Of a stretch of DNA of 64,000 nucleotides, positions 36,701 to 51,700 are shown piece by piece; position 1 is the first letter of the stretch, and every line of letters starts with the position of its first letter. The notes below the pieces were generated by a model. The model had not been told where the DNA came from and did not search any database. It was given only the letters and a program-made list of their open reading frames with translations. The stretch is from Eledone cirrhosa. Its lineage: Eukaryota. The translations under genes were made by a program, and so were the position numbers. Where the stretch lies: contig OZ024742.1 in the NCBI GenBank assembly GCA_964016885.1, forward strand, positions 308,884,001-308,948,000. Direction: 5' to 3'.

Positions 36701-39700
36701 CTGACAGAGACAGAGAGAGACAGACAGAGACAGAGACAGACAGAGACTGACAGAGACATACAGAGACAGACAGAGACAGCGAGAGACAGACAGAGACAGA
36801 GACAGAGACAGACAGAGACAGACAGAGACAGACAGAGACAGACAAAGACAGAGAGAGACAGACAGAGACAGAGACAGAGACAGACCGAGACTGACAGAGA
36901 CAGAGAGAGACAGAGACATACAGAGACAGACAGAGGCCCAGACAGACAGAGACAGACAGAGACAGACAGAGACAGACAGAGACAGACAGAGACTGACAGA
37001 GACAGAGAGAGACAGACAGAGAAAGAGACAGAGACAGAGACAGAGACAGAGACAGACAGAGACAGACAGAGACAGATAGAGACAGACAGAGACAGATACA
37101 GGCAGAGACAGACAGAGAGAAAGAGACAGACAGAGACAGACAGAGACAGAGACGGGCAGAGAGAGACAGAGACAGACAGTGACAGAGACAGGCAGAGACA
37201 GACAGAGACATACAGAGACATACAGAGACAGACAGAGACAGACAGAGACAGACACAGGCAGAGACAGAGAGAGACAGCGAGAGACAGACAGAGACAGAGA
37301 CAGAGACTGACAGAGACAGACAGAGACAGGCAGAGACAGACAGAGACAGAGACAGAGACAGACAGAGACAGACAGAGACTGACAGAGACAGAGAGAGACA
37401 GAGACTGTCAGAGACTGACAGTGACAGACAGAGACAGACAGAGACAGAGACAGGCAGAGACAGACAGAGACAGACAGAGACAGGCAGAGACAGACAGAGA
37501 CAGAGACAGAGACAGACAGAGACAGACAGAGACTGACAGAGACAGAGAGAGACAGAGACTGACAGAGACTGACAGTGACAGAGAGAGACAGACAGAGACA
37601 GACAGAGACTGACAGAGACAGAGAGAGACAGAGACTGACAGAGACAGAGAGAGACAGAGGCAGAGACAGGCAGAGACAGACAGAGACAGACAGAGACTCA
37701 CAGAGACAGACAGAGACTCACAGAGACAGAGACAGGCAGAGACAGACAGAGATTGAGACAGAGACAGACAGAGACAGACAGAGACAGACAGAGACAGACA
37801 GAGGCAGAGACAGACAGAGACAGACAGAGACTGACAGAGACAGAGACAGGCAGACAGAGACAGACAGAGATTGAGACAGAGACAGGCAGAGACAGACAGA
37901 GACAGACAGAGACAGACAGAGACAGAGACAGGCAGAGACAGACAGAGACAGAGACAGAGACAGACAGAGACAGACAGAGTCTGACAGAGACAGAGAGAGA
38001 CAGTGACTGACAGAGACTGACAGTGACAGAGAGAGACAGACAGAGACAGACAGAGGCAGAGACAGGCAGAGACAGACAGAGACAGACAGAGACTGACAGA
38101 GACAGAGAGAGACAGAGACTGACAGAGACAGAGAGAGGCATACAGAGACAGACAGAGACAGAGACAGACAGAGACAGGCAGAGACAGAGACAGACAGAGA
38201 CAGACAGAGACAGAGACAGACAGAGACAGACAGAGACAGACAGAGACAGAGACAGACAGAGACAGACAGAGACTGACAGAGACAGAGACAGACAGAGACA
38301 GACAGAGAGAGACTGACAGAGACAGAGACAGACAGACAGAGACAGAGACAGAGACAGACAGAGACAGACAGAGACAGACAGAGACAGCGAGAGACAGACA
38401 GAGACAGAGACAGAAACAGACAGAGACAGACAGAGACAGACAGAGACTGACAATGACAGAGATAGACAGAGACTGACAGAGACTGCGACAGACAGACAGA
38501 GACAGAGACAGACCGAGACTGACAGAGACAGAGAGAGACAGAGACATACAGAGACAGACAGAGACAGACAGAGACAGAGACAGGAAGAGACAGACAGAGA
38601 CAGACAGAGACAGACAGAGACAGACAGAGACAGATACAGGCAGAGACAGACAGAGACAGACAGAGACAGACAGAGACAAGCAGAGACAGACAGAGACTCA
38701 CAGAGACAGAGACAGTCAGAGACAGACAGAGACAGACAGAGACTGACAGAGACAGACAGAGATTGAGACAGAGACAGACAGAGACAGACACAGAGACAGA
38801 CAGAGACAGACAGAGACTGACAGAGACAGAGAGAGACAGACAGAGACAGACAGAGACTGACAGAGACAGAGAGAGACAGAGACTGACAGAGACAGAGAGA
38901 GACATACAGAGACAGACAGAGACAGAGACAGACAGAGACGAGCAGAGACCGAGACAGACAGAGACAGACAGAGACAGAGACAGACAGAGACAAGCAGAGA
39001 CAGAGAGAGACAGAGACAGACAGAGACAGACAGAGACAGACAGAGACAGAGACAGACAGAGACAAGCAGAGACAGAGAGAGACAGAGACAGACAGAGACA
39101 GACAGAGACAGACAGAGACAGACAGAGACATACAGAGACATACAGAGACAGACAGAGACAGACAGAGACTGACAGAGACAGAGACAGGCAGAGATAGACA
39201 GAGACAGAGAGAGACAGACAGGTGAAGAGACAGAGACTGACAGAGACATAGAGAGACAGAGACTGACAGAGACAGACAGAGACTGACAAAGACAGAGAGA
39301 GACAGACAGAGACAGAGACAGACAGAGACAGACAGAGACAGATACAGGCAGAGACAGACAGAGACAGAGACAGACAGAGACAGACAGAGACAGATACAGG
39401 CAGAGACAGACAGAGACAGACAGAGACAGAGACAGGCAGAGACAGACAGAGACAGAGAGAGACAGACAGAGACAGAGACAGAGACTGACAGAGCCAGAGA
39501 CAGACAGAGACAGGCAGGGACAGACAGAGACTGACAGAGACAGAAACAGGCAGAGACAGACAGAGACAGACAGAGACATAGACAAAGACTGACAGAGACA
39601 GAGACAGACAGAGACTGACAGAGACAGAGAGAGACAGACAGAGACTGACAGAGACAGACAGAGACACACAGAGACAGAGACAGGCAGAGACAGACAGAGA

Positions 39701-42700
39701 TTGAGACAGAGACAGACAGACAGAGACAGACAGAGACAGAGACAGAGACAGACATAGACAGACAGAGAATGATACAGAGACAGAGACTGACAGAGACAGA
39801 GACAGAGACAGACAGAGACAGACAGAGACAGACAGAGACAGACAGAGACTCACAGAGACAGAGAGAGACAGAGACAGACAGAGACAGACAGAGACTGACA
39901 GAGACAGAGAGAGACAGAGACTGACAGAGACAGAGAGAGACAGACAGAGACAGAGATAGAGACAGACCGAGACTGACAGAGACAGAGAGACAGAGACATA
40001 CAGAGACAGACAGATACAGACAGAGACAGAGACAGGCAGAGACAGACAGAGACAGACAGAGACAGAGAACGAGACTGATAGACACAGAGAGAGACACAGA
40101 CAGGCAGAGACAGACAGAGACAGACAGAGACAGAGGCAGAGACAGACAGAGACAGAGAGAGACAGAGACTGACAGAGGCAGAGAGAGACTGACAAAGACA
40201 GAGGCAGAGACAGACAGAGACTGACAGAGACAGACAGAGACAGACAGAGACAGCGACAGACAGACAGTCACAGAGACAGAGACAGACAGAGACAGACAGA
40301 GACAGACAGAGACTGACAATGACAGAGATAGACAGAGACTGACAGAGACTGAGAGAGACATACAGAGACAGAGACAGAGACAGACCGAGACATACAGAGA
40401 CAGACAGAGACAGACAGAGACAGAGACAGGCAGAGACAGACAGAGACAGAGAGAGACAGGCAGAGACAGACAGAGACTGACAGAGACAGAGAGAGACAGA
40501 GACAGACAGAGACAGACAGAGACAGACAGAGACAGACAGAGACAGACAGAGACAGACAGAGGCATAGACAGACAGAGACAGACAGAGACTGACAGAGACA
40601 GAGACAGACAGACAGAGACTGACAGAGACTAACAGAGACAGACAGAGACAGACAGAGACAGAACGAGACTGACAGAGACAGCGAGAGACAGACAGAGACA
40701 GAGACAGAGACAGAGACAGACAGAGACAGACAGAGACAGACAGATACAGACAGAGACAGACAGAGACTGACAGAGACAGAGAGAGACAGAGACTGACAGA
40801 GACCGAGAGAGACAGACAGAGACAGAGATAGAGACACCGAGACTGACAGAGACAGAGAGACAGAGACATACAGCAACAGACAGAGACAGACAGAGACAGA
40901 GACAGGCAGAGACAGACAGAGACAGACAGAGACAGACAGAGACAGAGAACGAGACTGACAGAGATAGACAGAGGCAGAGACAGACAGAGACAGACAGAGA
41001 GAGACTGACAGAGACAGAGACATACAGACAGAGACAGAGACAGAGACAGACAGAGACTGACAGAGACAGACAGAGACAGACAGAGACAGCGAGAGACAGA
41101 CAGAGACAGAGACAGAAACAGACAGAGAGAGACAGAGACAGACAGAGACTGACAATGACAGAGATAGACAGAGACTGACAGAGACTGCGACAGACAGACA
41201 GAGACAGAGACAGAGACAGACCGAGACTGACAGAGACAGAGAGAGACAGAGACATACAGAGACAGACAGAGACAGACAGAGACAGAGACAGGCAGAGACA
41301 GACAGAGACAGACAGAGACAGAGAGAGACAGACAGAGACAGACAGAGACAGATACAGGCAGAGACAGACAGAGAGAGAGACAGACAGAGACAGACAGAGA
41401 CAGATACAGGCAGAGACAGACAGAGACAGACAGAGACAGAGACAGGCAGAGACAGACAGAGACAGAGAGAGACAGACAGAGACAGAGACAGAGACTGACA
41501 GAGCCAGAGACAGACAGAGACAGGCAGTGACAGACAGAGACTGACAGAGACAGAAACAGGCAGAGACAGACAGAGACAGACAGAGACAGAGACAAAGACT
41601 GACAGAGACAGAGACAGACAGAGACTGACAGAGACAGAGAGAGACAGACAGAGACAGAGACAGACAGAGACTGACAGAGACATACAGAGACAGACAGAGA
41701 CAGCGAGAGACAGACAGAGACAGAGACAGAGACAGACAGAGACAGACAGAGACAGACAAAGACAGAGAGAGACAGACAGAGACAGAGACAGAGACAGACC
41801 GAGACTGACAGAAACAGAGAGAGACAGAGACATACAGAGACAGACAGAGGCCCAGACAGACAGAGACAGACAGAGACAGACAGAGACAGACAGAGACAGA
41901 CAGAGACTGACAGAGACAGAGAGAGACAGACAGAGACAGAGACAGAGACAGAGACAGAGACAGAGACAGAGACAGACAGAGACAGACAGAGACAGATAGA
42001 GACAGACAGAGACAGATACAGGCAGAGACAGACAGAGAGAAAGAGACAGACAGAGACAGACAGAGACAGAGACGGGCAGAGAGAGACAGAGACAGACAGT
42101 GACAGAGACAGGCAGAGACAGACAGAGACATACAGAGACATACAGAGACAGACAGAGACAGACAGAGACAGACACAGGCAGAGACAGAGAGAGACAGAGA
42201 GAGACAGACAGTGACAGAGACAGAGACTGACAGAGACAGACAGAGACAGGCAGAGACAGACAGAGACAGAGACAGAGACAGACAGAGACAGACAGAGACT
42301 GACAGAGACAGAGAGAGACAGAGACTGTCAGAGACTGACAGTGACAGACAGAGACAGACAGAGACAGAGACAGGCAGAGACAGACAGAGACAGACAGAGA
42401 CAGGCAGAGACAGACAGAGACAGAGACAGAGACAGACAGAGACAGACAGAGACTGACAGAGACAGAGAGGGACAGAGACTGACAGAGACTGACAGTGACA
42501 GAGAGAGACAGACAGAGACAGACAGAGACTGACAGAGACAGAGAGAGACAGAGACTGACAGAGACAGAGAGAGACAGAGGCAGAGACAGGCAGAGACAGA
42601 CAGAGACAGACAGAGACTCACAGAGACAGACAGAGACTCACAGAGACAGAGACAGGCAGAGACAGACAGAGATTGAGACAGAGACAGACAGAGACAGACA

Positions 42701-45700
42701 GAGACAGACAGAGACAGACAGAGGCAGAGACAGACAGAGACAGACAGAGACTGACAGAGACAGAGACAGGCAGACAGAGACAGACAGAGATTGAGACAGA
42801 GACAGACAGAGACAGTCAGAGACAGACAGAGACAGACAGAGACAGAGACAGGCAGAGACAGACAGAGACAGAGACAGAGACAGACAGAGACAGACAGAGT
42901 CTGACAGAGACAGAGAGAGACAGTGACTTACAGAGACTGACAGTGACAGAGAGAGACAGACAGAGACAGACAGAGGCAGAGACAGGCAGAGACAGACAGA
43001 GACAGACAGAGACTGACAGAGACAGAGAGAGACAGAGACTGACAGAGACAGAGAGAGGCATACAGAGACAGACAGAGACAGAGACAGACAGAGACAGGCA
43101 GAGACAGAGACAGACAGAGACAGACAGAGACAGAGACAGACAGAGACAGACAGAGACAGACAGAGACAGAGACAGACAGAGACAGACAGAGACTGACAGA
43201 GACAGAGACAGACAGAGACAGACAGAGAGAGACTGACAGAGACAGAGACAGACAGACAGAGACAGAGACAGAGACAGACAGAGACAGACAGAGACAGACA
43301 GAGACAGCGAGAGACAGACAGAGACAGAGACAGAAACAGACAGAGACAGACAGAGACAGACAGAGACTGACAATGACAGAGATAGACAGAGACTGACAGA
43401 GACTGCGACAGACAGACAGAGACAGAGACAGACCGAGACTGACAGAGACAGAGAGAGACAGAGACATACAGAGACAGACAGAGACAGACAGAGACAGAGA
43501 CAGGAAGAGACAGACAGAGACAGACAGAGACAGACAGAGACAGACAGAGACAGAGACAGGCAGAGACAGACAGAGACAGACAGAGACAGACAGAGACAAG
43601 CAGAGACAGACAGAGACTCACAGAGACAGAGACAGTCAGAGACAGACAGAGATTGAGACAGAGACAGACAGAGACAGACAGAGACAGACAGAGACAGACA
43701 GAGACTGACAGAGACAGAGAGAGACAGACAGAGACAGACAGAGACTGACAGAGACAGAGAGAGACAGAGACTGACAGAGACAGAGAGAGACATACAGAGA
43801 CAGACAGAGACAGAGACAGACAGAGACGAGCAGAGACCGAGACAGACAGAGACAGACAGAGACAGAGACAGACAGAGACAGACAGAGACAGACAGAGACA
43901 GACAGAGACAGAGACAGACAGAGACAAGCAGAGACAGAGAGAGACAGAGACAGACAGAGACAGACAGAGACTGACAGAGACAGAGACAGGCAGAGATAGA
44001 CAGAGACAGAGAGAGACAGACAGGTGACAGAGACAGAGACTGACAGAGACAGACAGAGACTGACAAAGACAGAGAGAGACAGACAGAGACAGACAGAGAC
44101 AGATACAGGCAGAGACAGACAGAGACAGAGACAGAGAGAGACAGACAGAGACAGAGAGAGACAGACAGGTGACAGAGACAGAGACTGACAGAGACAGAGA
44201 GAGACAGAGACTGATAGAGACAGAGAGAGACAGAGGCAGAGACAGGCAGAGACAGACAGAGACAGACAGAGACTCACAGAGACAGACAGAGACACACAGA
44301 GACAGAGACAGGCAGAGACAGACAGAGATTGAGACAGAGACAGACAGAGACAGACAGAGACAGACAGAGACAGACAGAGGCAGAGACAGACAGAGACAGA
44401 CAGAGACAGACAGAGACTGACAGAGACAGAGACAGTCAGACAGAGACAGACAGAGATTGAGACAGAGACAGACAGAGACAGACAGAGACAGAGACAGGCA
44501 GAGACAGACAGAGACAGAGAGAGACAGTGACTGACAGAGACTAACAGTGACAGAGAGAGACAGACAGAGACAGACAGAGGCAGAGACAGGCAGAGAAAGA
44601 CAGAGACAGACAGAGACAGACAGAGACAGAGAGAGACAGAGACTGACAGAGACAGAGAGAGGCATACAGAGACAGACAGAGACAGAGACAGACAGAGACA
44701 GGCAGAGACAGAGACAGACAGAGACAGACAGAGACAGAGACAGACAGAGACAGACAGAGACAGACAGAGGCAGAGACAGACAGAGACAGACAGAGACTGA
44801 CAGAGACAGAGACAGACAGAGACAGACAGAGACAGAGACAGAGACAGACAGAGACAGACAGAGACTGACAGAGACAGAGAGAGACAGAGACTGACAGAGA
44901 CAGAGAGAGACAGGCAGAGACAGACAGAGACTGACAGAGACAGAGAGAGACAGAGACAGACAGAGACAGACAGAGACAGACAGAGACAGACAGAGACAGA
45001 CAGAGACAGACAGAGGCATAGACAGACAGAGACAGACAGAGACAGACAGAGACTGACAGAGACAGAGCCAGACAGACAGAGACAGACAGAGACTAACAGA
45101 GACAGACAGAGACAGACAGAGACAGAAAGAGACTGACAGAGACAGCGAGAGACAGACAGAGACAGAGACAGAGACAGAGACAGACAGAGACAGACAGAGA
45201 CAGACAGAGACAGACAGAGACAGACAGAGACAGACAGAGACTGTCAGAGACAGAGAGAGACAGAGACTGACAGAGACAGAGAGAGACAGACAGAGACAGA
45301 GATAGAGACAGACCGAGACTGACAGAGACAGAGAGACAGAGACAGGCAGGGACAGACAGAGACAGACAGAGACAGACAGAGACAGACAGAGACAGACAGA
45401 GACAGAGAACGAGACAGACAGAGACAGACAGAGGCAGAGACAGACAGAGACAGACAGAGAGAGACTGACAGAGACAGAGACAGACAGACAGAGACAGAGA
45501 CAGAGACAGACAGAGACTGACAGAGACAGACAGAGACAGACAGCGACAGCGAGAGACAGACAGACACAGAGACAGAAACAGACAGAGACAGACAGAGACA
45601 GACAGAGACTGACAATGACAGAGATAGACAGAGACTGACAGAGACTGCGACAGACAGACAGAGACAGAGACAGAGACAGACCGAGACTGACAGAGACAGA

Positions 45701-48700
45701 GAGAGACAGAGACATACAGAGACAGACAGAGACAGACAGAGACAGAGACAGGCAGAGACAGACAGAGACAGACAGAGACAGACAGAGACAGACAGAGACA
45801 GACAGAGACAGAGACAGGCAGAGACAGAGAGAGACAGACAGAGACTGACAGAGACAGAGAGAGACAGACAGAGACAGAGACAGAGACAGAGACAGAGACA
45901 GAGACAGAGACAGACAGAGACAGACAGAGACAGATAGAGACAGACAGAGTCAGATACAGGCCGAGACAGACAGAGAGAAAGAGACAGACAGAGACAGACA
46001 GAGACAGAGACAGGCAGAGAGAGACAGAGTCAGACAGTGCCAGAGACAGGCAGAGACAGACAGAGACATACAGAGACATACAGAGACAGACAGAGACAGA
46101 CAGAGACAGACACAGGCAGAGACAGAGAGAGACAGAGAGAGACAGACAGAGACAGAGACAGAGACTGACAGAGACAGACAGAGACAGGCAGAGACAGACA
46201 GAGACAGAGACAGAGACAGACAGAGACAGACAGAGACTGACAGAGAGAGAGAGAGACAGAGACTGACAGAGACTGACAGTGACAGACAGAGACAGACAGA
46301 GACAGAGACAGGCAGAGACAGACAGAGACAGACAGAGACAGGCAGAGACAGACAGAGACAGAGACAGAGACAGACAGAGACAGACAGAGACTGACAGAGA
46401 CAGAGAGAGACAGAGACTGACAGAGACTGACAGTGACAGAGAGAGATAGACAGAGACAGACAGAGACTGACAGAGACAGAGAGAGACAGAGACTGACAGA
46501 GACAGAGAGAGACAGAGGCAGAGACAGGCAGAGACAGACAGAGACAGACAGAGACTCACAGAGACAGACAGAGACTCACAGAGACAGAGACAGGCAGAGA
46601 CAGACAGAGATTGAGACAGAGACAGACAGAGACAGACAGAGACAGACAGAGACAGACAGAGACAGACAGAGACAGACAGAGACTGACAGAGACAGAGACA
46701 GGCAGACAGAGAGAGACAGAGATTGAGACAGAGACAGACAGAGGCAGACAGAGACAGAGACAGGCAGAGACAGACAGAGACAGAGACAGAGACAGACAGA
46801 GACAGACAGAGTCTGACAGAGACAGAGAGAGACAGTGACTGACAGAGACTGACAGTGACTGACAAAGACAGAGAGAGACAGACAGAGACAGACAGAGACA
46901 GATACAGGCAGAGACAGACAGAGACAGAGACAGAGAGAGACAGACAGAGACAGAGAGAGACAGACAGGTGACAGAGACAGAGACTGACAGAGACAGAGAG
47001 AGACAGAGACTGATAGAGACAGAGAGAGACTCACAGAGACAGACAGAGACACACAGAGACAGAGACAGGCAGAGACAGACAGAGATTGAGACAGAGACAG
47101 ACAGAGACAGACAGAGACAGACAGAGATAGACAGAGGCAGAGACAGACAGAGACAGACAGAGACAGACAGAGACTGACAGAGACAGAGACAGTCAGACAG
47201 AGACAGACAGAGATTGAGACAGAGACAGACAGAGACAGACAGAGACAGACAGAGACAGAGACAGGCAGAGACAGACAGAGACAGAGACAGAGACAGACAG
47301 GACAGACAGAGTCTGACAGAGACAGAGAGAGACAGTGACTGACAGAGACTAACAGTGACAGAGAGAGACAGACAGAGACAGACAGAGGCAGAGACAGTCA
47401 GAGACAGACAGAGACAGACAGAGACAGACAGAGACAGAGAGAGACAGAGACTGACAGAGACAGAGAGAGGCATACAGAGACAGACAGAGACAGAGACAGA
47501 CAGAGACAGGCAGAGACAGAGACAGACAGAGACAGACAGAGACAGAGACAGACAGAGACAGACAGAGACAGACAGAGGCAGAGACAGACAGAGACAGACA
47601 GAGACTGACAGAGACAGAGACAGACAGAGACAGACAGAGACAGAGACAGAGACAGACAGAGACAGACAGAGACTGACAGAGACAGAGAGAGACAGAGACT
47701 GACAGAGACAGAGAGAGACAGGCAGAGACAGACAGAGACTGACAGAGACAGAGAGAGACAGAGACAGACAGAGACAGACAGAGACAGACAGAGACAGACA
47801 GAGACAGACAGAGACAGACAGAGGCATAGACAGACAGAGACAGACAGAGACAGACAGAGACAGACAGAGACAGAAAGAGACTGACAGAGACAGCGAGAGA
47901 CAGACAGAGACAGAGACAGAGACAGAGACAGACAGAGACAGACAGAGACAGACAGAGACAGACAGAGACAGACAGAGACAGACAGAGACTGTCAGAGACA
48001 GAGAGAGACAGAGACTGACAGAGACAGAGAGAGACAGACAGAGACAGAGATAGAGACAGACCGAGACTGACAGAGACAGAGAGACAGAGACATACAGCGA
48101 CAGACAGAGACAGACAGAGACAGAGACAGGCAGGGACAGACAGAGACAGACAGAGACAGACAGAGACAGAGAACGAGACAGACAGAGACAGACAGAGGCA
48201 GAGACAGACAGAGACAGACAGAGAGAGACTGACAGAGACAGAGACAGACAGACAGAGACAGAGACAGAGACAGACAGAGACTGACAGAGACAGACAGAGA
48301 CAGACAGCGACAGCGAGAGACAGACAGACACAGAGACAGAAACAGACAGAGACAGACAGAGACAGACAGAGACTGACAATGACAGAGATAGACAGAGACT
48401 GACAGAGACTGCGACAGACAGACAGAGACAGAGACAGAGACAGACCGAGACTGACAGAGACAGAGAGAGACAGAGACATACAGAGACAGACAGAGACAGA
48501 CAGAGACAGAGACAGGCAGAGACAGACAGAGACAGACAGAGACAGACAGAGACAGACAGAGACAGACAGAGACAGAGACAGGCAGAGACAGAGAGAGACA
48601 GACAGAGACTGACAGAGACAGAGAGAGACAGACAGAGACAGAGACAGAGACAGAGACAGAGACAGAGACAGAGACAGACAGAGACAGACAGAGACAGATA

Positions 48701-51700
48701 GAGACAGACAGAGTCAGATACAGGCCGAGACAGACAGAGAGAAAGAGACAGACAGAGACAGACAGAGACAGAGACAGGCAGAGAGAGACAGAGTCAGACA
48801 GTGCCAGAGACAGGCAGAGACAGACAGAGACATACAGAGACATACAGAGACAGACAGAGACAGACAGAGACAGACACAGGCAGAGACAGAGAGAGACAGA
48901 GAGAGACAGACAGAGACAGAGACAGAGACTGACAGAGACAGACAGAGACAGGCAGAGACAGACAGAGACAGAGACAGAGACAGACAGAGACAGACAGAGA
49001 CTGACAGAGACAGAGAGAGACAGAGACTGACAGAGACTGACAGTGACAGACAGAGACAGACAGAGACAGAGACAGGCAGAGACAGACAGAGACAGACAGA
49101 GACAGGCAGAGACAGACAGAGACAGAGACAGAGACAGACAGAGACAGACAGAGACTGACAGAGACAGAGAGAGACAGAGACTGACAGAGACTGACAGTGA
49201 CAGAGAGAGATAGACAGAGAGAGACAGAGACTGACAGAGACAGAGAGAGACAGAGGCAGAGACAGGCAGAGACAGACAGAGACAGACAGAGACTCACAGA
49301 GACAGACAGAGACTCACAGAGACAGAGACAGGCAGAGACAGACAGAGATTGAGACAGAGACAGACAGAGACAGACAGAGACAGACAGAGACAGACAGAGA
49401 CAGACAGAGACAGACAGAGACTGACAGAGACAGAGACAGTCAGACAGAGACAGACAGAGATTGAGACAGAGACAGACAGAGACAGACAGAGACAGACAGA
49501 GACAGAGACAGGCAGAGACAGACAGAGACAGAGACAGAGACAGACAGAGACAGACAGAGTCTGACAGAGACAGAGAGAGACAGTGACTGACAGAGACTAA
49601 CAGTGACAGAGAGAGACAGACAGAGACAGACAGAGGCAGAGACAGGCAGAGACAGACAGAGACAGACAGAGACAGACAGAGACAGAGAGAGACAGAGACT
49701 GACAGAGACAGAGAGAGGCATACAGAGACAGACAGAGACAGAGACAGACAGAGACAGGCAGAGACAGAGACAGACAGAGACAGACAGAGACAGAGACAGA
49801 CAGAGACAGACAGAGACAGACAGAGGCAGAGACAGACAGAGACAGACAGAGACTGACAGAGACAGAGACAGACAGAGACAGACAGAGACAGAGACAGAGA
49901 CAGACAGAGACAGACAGAGACTGACAGAGACAGAGAGAGACAGAGACTGACAGAGACAGAGAGAGACAGGCAGAGACAGACAGAGACAGACAGAGACAGA
50001 CAGAGGCATAGACAGACAGAGACAGACAGAGACAGACAGAGACTGACAGAGACAGACAGACAGAGACAGACAGAGACTAACAGAGACAGACAGAGACAGA
50101 CAGAGACAGAAAGAGACTGACAGAGACAGCGAGAGACAGACAGAGACAGAGACAGAGACAGAGACAGACAGAGACAGACAGAGACAGACAGAGACAGACA
50201 GAGACAGACAGAGACAGACAGAGACTGTCAGAGACAGAGAGAGACAGAGACTGACAGAGACAGAGAGAGACAGACAGAGACAGAGATAGAGACAGACCGA
50301 GACTGACAGAGACAGAGAGACAGAGACATACAGCGACAGACAGAGACAGACAGAGACAGAGACAGGCAGGGACAGACAGAGACAGACAGAGACAGACAGA
50401 GACAGACAGAGACAGAGAACGAGACAGACAGAGACAGACAGAGGCAGAGACAGACAGAGACAGACAGAGAGAGACTGACAGAGACAGAGACAGACAGACA
50501 GAGACAGAGACAGAGACAGACAGAGACTGACAGAGACAGACAGAGACAGACAGCGACAGCGAGAGACAGACAGAGACAGAGACAGAAACAGACAGAGACA
50601 GACAGAGACAGACAGAGACTGACAATGACAGAGATAGACAGAGACTGACAGAGACTGCGACAGACAGACAGAGACAGAGACAGAGACAGACCGAGACTGA
50701 CAGAGACAGAGAGAGACAGAGACATACAGAGACAGACAGAGACAGACAGAGACAGAGACAGGCAGAGACAGACAGAGACAGACAGAGACAGACAGAGACA
50801 GACAGAGACAGACAGAGACAGAGACAGGCAGAGACAGAGAGAGACAGACAGAGACTGACCGAGACAGAGAGAGACAGACAGAGACAGAGACAGAGACAGA
50901 GACAGAGACAGAGACAGACAGAGACAGACAGAGACAGATAGAGACAGACAGAGTCAGATACAGGCAGAGACAGACAGAGAGAAAGAGACAGACAGAGACA
51001 GACAGAGACAGAGACAGGCAGAGAGAGACAGAGTCAGACAGTGCCAGAGACAGGCAGAGACAGACAGAGACATACAGAGACATACAGAGACAGACAGAGA
51101 CAGACAGAGACAGACACAGGCAGAGACAGAGAGAGACAGAGAGAGACAGACAGAGACAGAGACAGAGACTGACAGAGACAGACAGAGACAGGCAGAGACA
51201 GACAGAGACAGAGACAGAGACAGACAGAGACAGACAGAGACTGACAGAGACAGAGAGAGACAGAGACTGACAGAGACTGACAGTGACAGACAGAGACAGA
51301 CAGAGACAGAGACAGGCAGAGACAGACAGAGACAGACAGAGACAGGCAGAGACAGACAGAGACAGAGACAGAGACAGACAGAGACAGACAGAGACTGACA
51401 GAGACAGAGAGAGACAGAGACTGACAGAGACTGACAGTGACAGAGAGAGATAGACAGAGACAGACAGAGACTGACAGAGACAGAGAGAGACAGAGACTGA
51501 CAGAGACAGAGAGAGTCAGAGGCAGAGACAGGCAGAGACAGACAGAGACAGACAGAGACTCACAGAGACAGACAGAGACTCACAGAGACAGAGACAGGCA
51601 GAGACAGACAGAGATTGAGACAGAGACAGACAGAGACAGACAGAGACAGACAGAGACAGACAGAGACAGACAGAGACAGACAGAGACTGACAGAGACAGA